64,000 bases of DNA from an uncultured Actinomycetes bacterium (GCA_963705535.1 CAVPJY010000012.1:67069-131068), one strand, 5' to 3'. Positions 53,922-63,111 are shown, counted from the first letter of the stretch. Notes: generated by a model not told the origin, from the sequence alone. A program made the numbers and translations.

Positions 53922-54911
53922 ATGCGCATCGAGTCATCAGTCACGGCGATTTCGTGGATTCCGTCGGACGCGATCGAGGGCATGCCGAAGCTTCCGTTCG
54001 AGCTCGGGGTCGCGCGCTACGACCAGCCGCCGCCCGATCGCCTCGAGGAGGGAGACCTCGAGCGGCTACGCGCGGAGGATCGCTTCCGCGAGGCCAATCG
54101 CCTCGCTGCGTGGATCGAGGCGAACGATGGGAAGATCGTCGGCCACGGGTACGAAGGCGCGGGGCTCGTCGGGTCGACGACCTTCAACCTCGGCATCACG
54201 GACATCACGATTCCCGGCGCCGCCTTCGAGGTCCTGCGACAGGAACCGGAGGTTCAGGGCAACGCCGTCCGCTTCGTCCAGACGGTCGGCGGCCGCGCTG
54301 GATTCCCGGCTCCGCGCAGGGTGACCGGGAGGCCCTTCGTGCGGATCCATTCGGCAACGGCGTGGACGACGCTCGCGCTCACGATCCGGGAGGACGGCTC
54401 CTCCGAGCACGAGCTCGTCGGGGCGAGCACCTTCCCCAGGCACTGGGTGTACGACCGGGACGGACACGTCGTCGCGAAGTCGGGGACGATCGACTTCAAG
54501 AAGTGGTACCGGGAGGCACACGGCGAGCGAACGCCGTGGGGCGACGAGGAGTCCGATGCATTCGTCACGGCCGCGGAGAGCGCGCTCGAGCGAGAGATCT
54601 CCCGCGATCTGCTGGCGGGCAAGAGGATCCCCGAGCGACGCACCCTCGAGCCCGAGGAGACGCTCGTGGAGCAAGGCGCGCCCGGCGGCGAGCTCTACCT
54701 CGTCCTCGACGGCGTGCTCGCTGTCGACATCGACGGCGAGGAGGTAGCCGAGATCGGGCCCGGCGCGATCGTAGGAGAGAAGGCGTTGCTCGAGGGCGGC
54801 ACGCGAACGGCGACCCTCACCGCGCGAACGCGCTGCCGCGTCGCAGTGATCCCGGGGGATCTGATCGACCGGCACCAACTGGAGGGCCTGGCGGCGACGC
54901 GGCGAGCGTAG
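53922..54911 (+). CDS. Cyclic nucleotide-binding domain protein with an uncharacterised ~230-aa N-terminal domain
   Basis: ORF track. C-terminal cNMP-binding pattern: GAPGGELYLVLDGVLAVDIDGEEVAEIGPGAIVGEKALLEGGTRTATLTA. Confidence 0.75.
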   Translation: MRIESSVTAISWIPSDAIEGMPKLPFELGVARYDQPPPDRLEEGDLERLRAEDRFREANRLAAWIEANDGKIVGHGYEGAGLVGSTTFNLGITDITIPGAAFEVLRQEPEVQGNAVRFVQTVGGRAGFPAPRRVTGRPFVRIHSATAWTTLALTIREDGSSEHELVGASTFPRHWVYDRDGHVVAKSGTIDFKKWYREAHGERTPWGDEESDAFVTAAESALEREISRDLLAGKRIPERRTLEPEETLVEQGAPGGELYLVLDGVLAVDIDGEEVAEIGPGAIVGEKALLEGGTRTATLTARTRCRVAVIPGDLIDRHQLEGLAATRRA

Positions 54912-54934
54912 AGCCCGGCGCTGGACCAGCTCGG

Positions 54935-55399
54935 CTAGCGGCGACGCTTGAGGGCGCGCTCGATCTGGCGCTGGGCGTCGCGCTCGGCGATCACGCGCCG
55001 CTTGTCCATGCGCTCGCGCCCGCGCGCGAGCGCGATCTCGACCTTCACGCGGCCGTCCTTGAAGTACATCCGCGTCGGGACGAGGGTCAGGCCCTTCTCG
55101 CGCACCTTGCCGTACAGGGAGTCGATCTCGCCGCGGTGGAGCAGGAGCTTGCGGTCGCGGTCCGGCTCGTGACCGAAGGCACCGCGCTGCGCATACTCGG
55201 CGATGGACGCGCCGACGAGCCACGCCTCGCCGTCACGGATGTCCGCGTACGCATGGCCGAGCTGCACCTTCCCGTCGCGCGCGGACTTCACCTCGCTCCC
55301 GGACAGGACGAGGCCCGCCTCGACGCGCTCGAGCAGCTCGTAGTCACGCCGCGCGCGGCGGTTCTCGGCGATCAGCTTCGTTCCGGTCGAGGTGGCCAT
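54935..55399 (-). CDS. smpB: SsrA-binding protein SmpB
   Basis: ORF 54935..55462 trimmed to ATG at 55399. IAENRRARRDYELLERVEAGLVLSGSEVKS...KLLLHRGEI...GLTLVP matches SmpB. Confidence 0.93.
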   Translation of the reverse strand: MATSTGTKLIAENRRARRDYELLERVEAGLVLSGSEVKSARDGKVQLGHAYADIRDGEAWLVGASIAEYAQRGAFGHEPDRDRKLLLHRGEIDSLYGKVREKGLTLVPTRMYFKDGRVKVEIALARGRERMDKRRVIAERDAQRQIERALKRRR

Positions 55400-55441
55400 G
55401 GGTCGAGTGTACGGAGCGGCCGCCCCGCGAAAGCCGGGTGC

Positions 55442-55637
55442 GCTGCGCACACGCAGCGACAAGACCGCGAAGCGGCCGCCCTACGGAGACATGTCCGTTG
55501 AGTGAAAGGCGCGATCAGGCCGCGAAGCGGCGGCCCTGTGGGGGCCTGTCCGTTGGGTGAAAGGTGGGATCAGGCCGCGAAGCGGCCGCCTTTAGGGGTC
55601 TCGCGCGTCCGGGGATCCGCTCCGGCGGATCCCCGGA
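55442..55637. repeat. REP-like array: about 2.5 tandem copies of a 55-nt unit plus flanking hairpins
   Basis: The core (G)GCCGC-GAAG-CGGC(C) occurs at about 55464, 55518 and 55573, and ...GTCCGTTG(A/G)GTGAAAGG(C/T)G(C/G)GAT occurs twice. Terminal hairpin TCCGGGGATCCGC-TCCG-GCGGATCCCCGGA at 55608-55637. Confidence 0.8.
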
Positions 55638-55649
55638 CTGCGCACAAGC

Positions 55650-56054
55650 TCAGTCCGGCGCGTAGTTGCTCAGACGCCTCGCGAGCTCGTGCAGCATGTT
55701 GAGCGCGAACGAGGGCTCGCTCTCGACGAGGACCATGAAGTCGTCGCGCGGGAGGCTCAGGCAGCGGACGTGCGTCGCCGCGCGTACCCGCGCGACGCGG
55801 CCCGACTCGGGGACGAGGAGCGCGATCTCGCCGAAGAAGTTCCCGCGACCGAGCTCCGTGTGCCACCCACCGCGCATCTCGACGCTCACCGTCCCGTCGA
55901 GGACGACGTACATCCCCGATCCGGGATCGCCCGGCAGCGCGAGGATCTGACCGGGCTCGCACGTGAGCTCGGCCGCGTGCGCAGCGACACGCTCGAGCCC
56001 CGCCGGGCTCAGCCCCTCGAAGAGCGGCAGGGTACGGACCTCGTCCGGGGTCAC
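55650..56054 (-). CDS. Stand-alone cyclic nucleotide-binding domain protein
   Basis: ORF track. LPLFEGLSPAGLERVA...GMYVVLDGTVSV...FFGEIALL...RVARVRA. Confidence 0.8.
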   Translation of the reverse strand: MTPDEVRTLPLFEGLSPAGLERVAAHAAELTCEPGQILALPGDPGSGMYVVLDGTVSVEMRGGWHTELGRGNFFGEIALLVPESGRVARVRAATHVRCLSLPRDDFMVLVESEPSFALNMLHELARRLSNYAPD

Positions 56055-56066
56055 GAGGCCTTCATA

Positions 56067-57714
56067 TCACGAGCGCGCGGCGATGCCCGCGCACCGGTCG
56101 CAGAGCGGGTACCAGGGCGGGCAGGAGCGCCCGCACGACCGGCAACGGCCGAGGGTGGGCGACTCCACCTCGACCCGGAGGCGCGCGACGACGCGCTCCG
56201 CGGCCGTCTCCTCGAGGGCGGCGGCGCGCTCGATGGTCACACCGCCCACGCCCGGATACTGGAGCGCGAACCAGCGGAGGATGCTCGCCTCGCGCCCGGC
56301 CTGCTCCGCGTCCTCCAGCGACGCCCCGCGGAGCCGGGCCGTGTCGAGGAGGAAGTTGAGGTGCGGGCGCGCAACCTTGTCCCCCGCGAGGGCCAGGGCG
56401 AGCGTGGCCAGGAGCTCGAGCCCGTCCTCGTCCACCGGCGAGCTCACGAGCGTCCACGTGTCGTCCAGCGACAGACGTCGTCCCCGCTCGGCGAGCCGTC
56501 TCTGGACCGCCTCCAGCCGCATCCGCAGCGGCTGGAGCGACTCGACCGCGAGCCAGCTCTCGAAGGCCCACTCCCTGAGCGCCACCCGGTGCCAGGCGAC
56601 GAGCGCGGCGTCCAGATAGGCGGGTTCCTCGACCCCCAGGTCCGACGAGCCTCGGGCGGATCCTCGCCTCGTCGACGACGCGATATCCCCAGAAGCCCCC
56701 CGGAAGGGCCACGTGCGGCTCGAGCGCGTCGCGGACGAGCTCCGGCTCGGCGACCCCCCAACCGATGCCGGCGAGGACGCCGACGTGCCCCCGCTCGACC
56801 AGGCCGAAGCGACCGGCTCTCCCCGCGATCTGCGCGATCTCCCAGGGAAGGAGGTCGCGCCGCTCCTCGCCGTCGAACTTCGTCGTCTCCGCGAAGAGGA
56901 GCGTCTCGCACGGGAGGTTCACGCCGTGCCCGAGGACGTCGGTGGCGACGCACACGTCGGCGGCGCCGGAGAGGAACCGGTCGATCTCCTCCCTCCTCGA
57001 CGCGAGCGGCATCGCGCCGTACAGGACCGCCACGCGGCCCGGGTGCAGGCGGTTCACCTCGCCGGCGAGCGCCAGGACGGCCTTGCGGCTGAACGCGACG
57101 ACGACGGTGCCCGTGCCGAGCGACCGTAGCGTGCGCTCTCCCACCCACTCGAGGGGCAGCTTCCGCTCGAAGACCTTGAGCTCGGCCTCCGGGAACGCTC
57201 GCTCGACGAGGGGAAGGGCGTCGAGAGCGCCCAGTAGGAGGATCTGGCGGTACTCGCCCGCGAGCAGGAGTCGCGTCCAGGCGGACCCGCGCTCCTCGTC
57301 GTCGGCCCACTGGATCTCGTCGAGGACGAGGAGCTCTCCGGCGTGCGGGGCCATCTCGGCGGTGCAGCAGACGATCGGCGCCCGCTCGTTCACGCGCTCC
57401 TCGCCCGTGATCAGGCCGACGCGCTCCTCTCCTACCCGCTCGGCGAGCCTGCGGTGCGCCTCCTGGGCGAGCATCCGGAGCGGGCACGCGTAGACGCCCG
57501 ACCCGTGCGCCGCGAGCTCCTCGAGCGCGGCGTGCGTCTTGCCCGAGTTCGTCGGGCCGAGGTGCGCGACGACTCGCTCGGGAGGCGCGCCGCGTGCGGG
57601 GAGCGCGATCTCGACGTTCTGCTCCGCCTGACGGATCGCCTGCGCCGGCCGGCGCGCGCGCTCGGAGCGGCTCGACCGCTTCTGGCGACCTCGAGGTGGG
57701 CGTCGGTTACGCAT
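56067..57714 (-). CDS. SUV3-like (SUPV3L1 family) helicase with a C-terminal CxxC zinc ribbon, frame interrupted near 56650
   Basis: GPTNSGKTH (Walker A), VLDEIQW (DExx-like), helicase C (VATDVLGHGVNL, QIAGRAGR). After skipping one base the frame continues SSDLGVEEPAYLDAALVAWHRVALREWAFESW... and ends in GRCRSCGRSCPPWYPLCDRC. Confidence 0.75.
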
Positions 57715-57738
57715 CGGCGCACGGTACCGGGCAGACGT

Positions 57739-57775
57739 GCAGGGTGACTGTCACCGAAGGTGACTGTCACCTGCT
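57739..57775. repeat. Doubled palindrome GCAG-GGTGACTGTCACC-GAA-GGTGACTGTCACC-TGC
   Basis: Read directly (core 57743-57771). Lies between the ftsX stop (57777) and the helicase start (57714). Confidence 0.8.
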
Positions 57776-57776
57776 T

Positions 57777-58676
57777 TCAGACCCGCAGGAAGCGCCTGAG
57801 CGTGAGGCCGGAGCCGAGAGCCCCGATCGTGAGGCCGACGCCGACGAGGAGCGCGGCCGTCCAGCCGAACGCGAGCGCGTGGACGTCTGGGTCCTCACGG
57901 AGATTGCTCATGATCTGCGGCATCGCGACCTCGCGTGCGAGGAAGAGCAGGATCACGGCCGCGAGCGAGCCGACGAGCCCGGTGAGGAGACCTTCGAGCA
58001 TGAAGGGGCCGCGGACGAACCAGTTCGTGGCACCGACGAGCTTCATGACCTCGATCTCGCGACGCCGAGCGAAGATCGAGAGCCTGATCGTGTTCGCGAT
58101 GAGGATCGTGGACGCTGCGAGCAGCACGAGCACGGCGACGAGCGACACGATCTGGACGACGCGCGCGACCTGGAGGATCCGCTTGGAGACCTCCTCGCCG
58201 TAGCGCACCACGTGCACTCCGGGAAGCTCGGCGTTCCGAATGGCGAGGGCGATCGCCTCCGTGTCCTCGCCGCGCTTCGGAACGATGTCGAAGGACGGAG
58301 GCAGCGGGTTACGGACGAGGTTCTCGGTCAGCGCGGGCGTGCGCTTGCGCTGGATGGCGAGCGCCTGCGCCTTGGTGATGAACGTGATCCCGTCCTGCTT
58401 GATGCGGTCGTCCGACTCGAGGAACACGCGCACGCCGTTTATCTGCTTGGGCGTCGCGGCCGCGGCGCACTCGGGCGGTCCGTCGCAGAAGAAGACGTGC
58501 ACCGCGAGCTCCTTCTTCTTGTCGTCGGACCACGAGACGAGCCAGGTCCCGATCCCGATGAAGAAGCCGATCAGGAGCATTCCGATCAGCACCGACACCG
58601 CCGACGCGAAGGTCGTCGACACGTTCGCGCCGATCGAGCGGACCGCCTCGGCGAGGATGAGCCGGAGCTTCGTCAT
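57777..58676 (-). CDS. ftsX: Cell division permease-like protein FtsX
   Basis: ORF track. Four TM helices with a large extracytoplasmic loop. 4-nt overlap with ftsE. Confidence 0.9.
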   Translation of the reverse strand: MTKLRLILAEAVRSIGANVSTTFASAVSVLIGMLLIGFFIGIGTWLVSWSDDKKKELAVHVFFCDGPPECAAAATPKQINGVRVFLESDDRIKQDGITFITKAQALAIQRKRTPALTENLVRNPLPPSFDIVPKRGEDTEAIALAIRNAELPGVHVVRYGEEVSKRILQVARVVQIVSLVAVLVLLAASTILIANTIRLSIFARRREIEVMKLVGATNWFVRGPFMLEGLLTGLVGSLAAVILLFLAREVAMPQIMSNLREDPDVHALAFGWTAALLVGVGLTIGALGSGLTLRRFLRV

Positions 58677-59356
58677 TCCTCCGTGTACCCGCCGCGGCGC
58701 TCGTCGCGCACGAGCTTTCCGGTCTCGAGCGCGATGACCCGCTTCCGCATCTTGTCCACCATCTCGCGGTCGTGTGTGACCATGAGGATCGTCGTCCCGG
58801 TCCTGTTGATGCGGTAGAGGAGCTGCATGATCCCGACCGAGGTGTCGGGATCGAGGTTCCCGGTCGGCTCGTCGCAGACGAGGAGCGGCGGGTGGTTGAC
58901 GAACGCGCGCGCGATCGAGACGCGCTGCTGCTCTCCGCCCGACAGCTCCTCCGGCCGCGAGTTCATCTTGTGCGCGAGGCCCACGAGGTTCAGCACCTCG
59001 GGCACCTTCTTCCGGATCTGCGCGCCCGCCTCGCCCTGCACGCGCAGCGCGTAGCCGATGTTCTCGGCCGCGGTGCGGTTCGGCAGGAGCTTGAAGTCCT
59101 GGAAGACACAGCCGAGGTTGCGCCGCAGGAGCGGCACCTTGGAGCCCTTGAGCCTCCCCAGGTCGCGACCCCCGACGATGATCCTGCCGCGCGTCGGCTC
59201 GATCTCCTTGAGCAGGAGCCGGATCACGGTCGACTTGCCCGAGCCCGAGGCTCCGACGACGAAGACGAACTCGCCCTTGTCGATCGTGAACGAGACGCCG
59301 TCGAGCGCGGTGACGCCCGGCTCGTAGATCTTCTGGACGTCCTCGAACACGATCAT
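58673..59356 (-). CDS. ftsE: Cell division ATP-binding protein FtsE
   Basis: ORF 58673..59527. The homology-consistent start is ATG at 59356 ([14 protein letters not shown]). Walker [10 protein letters not shown], signature LSGGEQQR, Walker [14 protein letters not shown] 57-aa N-terminal extension from 59527 cannot be excluded. Confidence 0.9.
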   Translation of the reverse strand: MIVFEDVQKIYEPGVTALDGVSFTIDKGEFVFVVGASGSGKSTVIRLLLKEIEPTRGRIIVGGRDLGRLKGSKVPLLRRNLGCVFQDFKLLPNRTAAENIGYALRVQGEAGAQIRKKVPEVLNLVGLAHKMNSRPEELSGGEQQRVSIARAFVNHPPLLVCDEPTGNLDPDTSVGIMQLLYRINRTGTTILMVTHDREMVDKMRKRVIALETGKLVRDERRGGYTEE

Positions 59357-59537
59357 CGTCGAGCCGCTCGGGTCCGCCTGGACCGGCTGCTTCTCTGAGA
59401 GTTGCTCTGGCTCGGCGAGTGCCGTCATCGTCGCGTCTGTCGGTGGGTCGTCCAGCACCGGGCGAATGGCCGCTGCAGCCGGCGACGGCTGCTCCGGTTC
59501 GTGGGGAGCGCCGATTGTAGCTGACACTCCGGCGGCC

Positions 59538-60643
59538 CTACACGACTCTCCCCGCCGCCTTGGCGAGGAGGTACGAGTGGACGAACCCGTCGAGTGCGCC
59601 GTCGAGCACGGACTGCGTGTTCCCGACCTCGTGGTCGGTGCGATGGTCCTTCACCAGCTGGTACGGATGGAGCACGTACGAGCGGATTTGACTCCCGAAG
59701 CCGATGTCCTGTGCGGCGCCGCGCTCCTTGGCGAGCTCTGCCTCGCGCTTCTCCTCCTCGAGCTCGGCGAGGCGCGAGCGGAGGATGCGCAGGGCGGTCT
59801 GCTTGTTCGACGTCTGGGAGCGCTCGTTCTGGCACTGCACGACGATCCCCGTCGGGAGGTGCGTGATCCGTACCGCCGAGTCGGTCTTGTTCACGTGCTG
59901 CCCGCCGGCGCCGGTGGCGCGGTAGGTGTCGATCCGGAGATCGTTCTCGTCGATCTCGATCGTCGACGTCCTCGGGGAGGAGCGGCGCGACGACGACCTG
60001 CGCGAACGCCGTGTGCCGGCGGTGGGAGGCGTCGAACGGGGACAGCCGCACGAGCCGGTGGACACCGCGCTCGGCCTTCAGGATCCCGTACGCGTTCTCG
60101 CCGCGCACGGCGACCGTCGCCGACTTCAGGCCCGCCTCCTCACCGGGGCTCGCCTCGAGGAGCTCGGTCTCGAAGCCGCGGTCGGCCGTCCAGCGGAGGT
60201 ACATGCGCAGCAGCATCTCCGCCCAGTCCTGCGCGTCCGTCCCGCCGGTCCCCGCGTGGATCTCGAGGATGGCGTCACCCGCGTCGTACTCGCCGGTGAA
60301 GAGCGCGTCCTCCTGGAGGCGCGCGAGGTCCGCCTCGACCGGCGCGAGCTGCTCGGCGACCTCGCCCTGCAGGTCCGGCTCGAGCGCGAACAGCTCCTTC
60401 GCATCCTCGAACTCGCGTCGGAGGCGCTCGTAGCGCTCGAGCTTGCGGGTGACGCGCGCGTGCTCGGTCGAGATGCGCGCCGCGGACGCCTGGTCGTCCC
60501 AGAAGCCGGGAGCGCCCATCGCCTCCTCGAGCTGCGCTCGCCGGGCGTCTAGCGCGTCGGGGTCAAAGGTAATCACGGACCCAGGCGAGCTGGGCCCCGA
60601 TCTCCTCGAGGCGCTGATCGAGGCTCTGCGTCGTCTCGGCCAC
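59538..60643 (-). CDS. prfB: Peptide chain release factor 2, with the programmed +1 frameshift plus one unexpected frame break near 59961
   Basis: GTG at 60643 encodes 26 codons ending CTT TGA C (60568-60562). The +1 frame continues [24 protein letters not shown]... The GGQ motif ([22 protein letters not shown]) is in ORF 59538..60065, reached only by skipping one further base. Confidence 0.9.
60562..60568 (-). promoter_or_regulatory. prfB programmed +1 ribosomal frameshift site CUU UGA C
   Basis: Read directly. An in-frame TGA at codon 27 is preceded by CTT and followed by C, the canonical RF2 autoregulatory site. Confidence 0.85.
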
Positions 60644-60692
60644 GCGCGGATGGTAGCCGCATGGTCGGTTCCCGCTGTGTCTAGGACTCGAA

Positions 60693-61622
60693 GTGTGGTG
60701 GTATCCCCGGGACATGGCGCGGATGTCGCGGGCGTTTCGCACGAGCTACTCCGTCGAGATCGAGCTAATGCTCGTCGCACTCGTTCTCCTCGCGTGGCAG
60801 GCGATCCGCATTCCCCTCGAAGGCCCCGTCGACCTCTCCCTCGCCCATGCCCAGAGCGTCGTCGGGATGGAGGGCGCGCTCTCCATCGACGTGGAGGCGT
60901 GGGTCGTGCGGACGACGTCGGAGGCCGACCTGACCTCCGTCCTGAAGTGGCTCTACCTCAACATTCACCTGCCGGTGCTCTTCGGCTTCGTCGCGGCCGT
61001 CCGCTTGCTCGCCCCGGACCGGTATCCCAGGCTGCGCACGACGTACGTCCTCTCATTCCTCCCGGCGGTGCTCGTGATCGGCTTCTACCCGTTGGCTCCG
61101 CCGCACTGGCTCCCGAGCCTCGGACTCGGCGGCGCGCCATCGGATCTCGAGCTGACGACCGGCGGCGCGCTCTTCCACAACTCGACGGCGGCCGCGGCGA
61201 GCCAGCACTTCGGGTTCGCGGTCTTCGTGGCCGCCGCGTCGATCTGGCTCTTCCCACGATCGCTTCTGGCGTGGGCGACCCTGGCGTACCCCGTGCTCGT
61301 CTTCGTCGTCATCGTCGGGACCGGCAACCACTACGTCCTGGACTGCGTCGTCGGCACGCTGACCTTCACGTTCGCCGCGCTCGTGGCATCGATCGTGCAC
61401 GGTACGCCCGCGCCGGCGTCGGCCTCCCAGCACGCGAGCGGGATCGCAGGCATCGCCGTCGGCTACGCCCTGATCGTCTGGGGATTCGTGTCCCTCGACG
61501 TGCTGTCGCCGCGAGCGTGGGAGCGGAACCTCCTGGAGCTCCTCGTGCTCGCGGCGGGCATCGCCCTCGTCGTCGCTCCGCGCCTGGCCGCGAGGGAGCC
61601 TCTCCCCGAGAGCACCCGGTAG
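60693..61622 (+). CDS. PAP2 superfamily membrane protein (PAP2_3 / AUR1-like)
   Basis: ORF track. Multi-TM protein with SQHFGFAV and GTGNHYVLDCVVG, resembling the PAP2 C2/C3 motifs. Confidence 0.7.
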   Translation: MWWYPRDMARMSRAFRTSYSVEIELMLVALVLLAWQAIRIPLEGPVDLSLAHAQSVVGMEGALSIDVEAWVVRTTSEADLTSVLKWLYLNIHLPVLFGFVAAVRLLAPDRYPRLRTTYVLSFLPAVLVIGFYPLAPPHWLPSLGLGGAPSDLELTTGGALFHNSTAAAASQHFGFAVFVAAASIWLFPRSLLAWATLAYPVLVFVVIVGTGNHYVLDCVVGTLTFTFAALVASIVHGTPAPASASQHASGIAGIAVGYALIVWGFVSLDVLSPRAWERNLLELLVLAAGIALVVAPRLAAREPLPESTR

Positions 61623-61641
61623 CGCCACCGGACGACCGGAG

Positions 61642-62274
61642 TCACCTCCGGAGGCGATCGCGGAGGAGGAGGCACGCGGAGAGCCACGCGAGGCCGAAGC
61701 ACCAACCGGCGAGGACGTCCGTGACGAAGTGGACGTTCAGCGCGATCCGGGAGAGCCCGACCGCGACCCCGGCGGCGCCGACGCCGGACCACAGCCACAC
61801 ACGCGCGCGGCGGCTCGGCAACCGTTCCGCAGCGAGGACAGCGAGCGCCCCCAGGCACGCGGCGCCGGACGCCGCGTGCCCGCTTGGGAAGGCCGCGGAC
61901 TCGGGAAGCGCGACAGCCGAGCCGACATCGGGTCGCGGGCGGTCGAACCACTCCTTGAGCAAGGAGACGGCGAGCTGCGAGCCGAGGTACGCGGTGACGA
62001 AGAACGCGAGGTCGAGCCACGCCCGCTCGCGCACGAGCAGGATGGCCGCCGCCACGCCGAGCACCGTGAGACCGATCCAGCCGCCGAGCCAGGAGAACGG
62101 CCGCGCGAGCCACTCGACCCACGCCGGCAGGTCGGACGCGACCCACTGCGCGACCTCGCGGTCGACCGTCGCGAGCGGCTCGTGGTCGTACCCGACGGCG
62201 AGCACGGCGAACCCCGCGAGCGAGGCCGCGAGGACGACGAAGAGTGCCCGCGCGCCCATGTGACACAGTGTCAC
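61642..62274 (-). CDS. PAP2 family phosphatase
   Basis: ORF track. KEWFDRPRP, PSGHAA and SRIALNVHFVTDVLAG are the KxxxxxxRP / PSGH / SRxxxxxHxxxD motifs. Confidence 0.85.
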   Translation of the reverse strand: MTLCHMGARALFVVLAASLAGFAVLAVGYDHEPLATVDREVAQWVASDLPAWVEWLARPFSWLGGWIGLTVLGVAAAILLVRERAWLDLAFFVTAYLGSQLAVSLLKEWFDRPRPDVGSAVALPESAAFPSGHAASGAACLGALAVLAAERLPSRRARVWLWSGVGAAGVAVGLSRIALNVHFVTDVLAGWCFGLAWLSACLLLRDRLRR

Positions 62275-62298
62275 GAGGGAGTTGGACGGCCGCGGTCG

Positions 62299-63111
62299 CT
62301 ACCCGAAGTCGGTGTCCTCGAGGTAGTCGGTCTCGATCGCGATCCCGACGACGTAGTCCGAGCCCTCGGCGCGAGCCAGCACGCGGTCGACGTCGAGCGG
62401 AACCTGCCTCCGGTAGCTCTCGAAGACGCCACCGCGCTTCCGGCGATGCAGGTCCTCGAGCCAGAACCGGCCGGTCCCGTCGGCGCCGCCGTAGCGTACG
62501 TCGAGGTACTGGTCGCCGCGCTCGTACGTCGTGGTCGGAAGGCTCGAGATCGGGAATCGCTGACTCCCGTACTCGGCGGCCCGCAGATCCCAGTACTCCT
62601 CGACGTTCCCCGACAGCGTCTCCGGGCACGGCGTCCGGTAGCACCCCCATCCGACCCCGAAGAGACGCCGGTCGAACCGGGCGATGCGGCGTCGGAAGTC
62701 CCCGTCGAAGACGACGGCGGCGGCCCGGCGGAGCGTGCACCGGTGGTCGTACCCCTCGTGCACCTTGTAGTTGTTCTGGCCCTGGTAGCACGCGTCGTCG
62801 GACGCGCGGCCCACGACCCGGCCGCCGAGCGCCGCGACGACCTCGGCGAGCGCGTCGTCGGCTCGCGCGGACGCGCTCTCCCGGGCGGCGACGACGTCCG
62901 GCTCGAACGGATCGGGTGGCGGGCCGTTGTCCTCGCCCAGCCCGAGGCACGCGGAGAGCGCGAGACAGAGCGGGACGAGGACGGCGAGCCGGCCGAGTGA
63001 GGCGGCCCGGCTCAGGTTCCTGGCGCGTCTGGGGCGTCGCTGGCAAGGGAGGCGAGGCCGAGGGCCGCAGGACAGTACAGGTCGTACGGACAAGGCCCGA
63101 GGCCGACGCAT
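62299..63111 (-). CDS. Putative lipoprotein, hypothetical
   Basis: Distal part of ORF 62299..63978 from ATG at 63111. Lipobox-like LCLALSAC. The start is uncertain. Confidence 0.55.
   Translation of the reverse strand: MRRPRALSVRPVLSCGPRPRLPCQRRPRRARNLSRAASLGRLAVLVPLCLALSACLGLGEDNGPPPDPFEPDVVAARESASARADDALAEVVAALGGRVVGRASDDACYQGQNNYKVHEGYDHRCTLRRAAAVVFDGDFRRRIARFDRRLFGVGWGCYRTPCPETLSGNVEEYWDLRAAEYGSQRFPISSLPTTTYERGDQYLDVRYGGADGTGRFWLEDLHRRKRGGVFESYRRQVPLDVDRVLARAEGSDYVVGIAIETDYLEDTDFG

Noticed and set aside
50954-55501. A 1515-aa + strand ORF, plus many other very long ORFs (e.g. 377..1498, 15777..17585, 18664..21069, 27994..29871)
   Set aside because: These are antisense or out-of-frame shadows of real genes in stop-poor high-GC DNA. 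Their translations are Arg/Pro/Gly/Ala-rich with no motifs, while the opposite-strand or alternate-frame ORFs carry clear family signatures.
59357-59527. 57-aa N-terminal extension of FtsE, starting right after the prfB stop
   Set aside because: The extension is Pro/Ala/Glu-rich and not part of the conserved FtsE fold, while MIVFEDV aligns with known FtsE starts. It cannot be excluded without proteomic data, so only the shorter CDS is reported.
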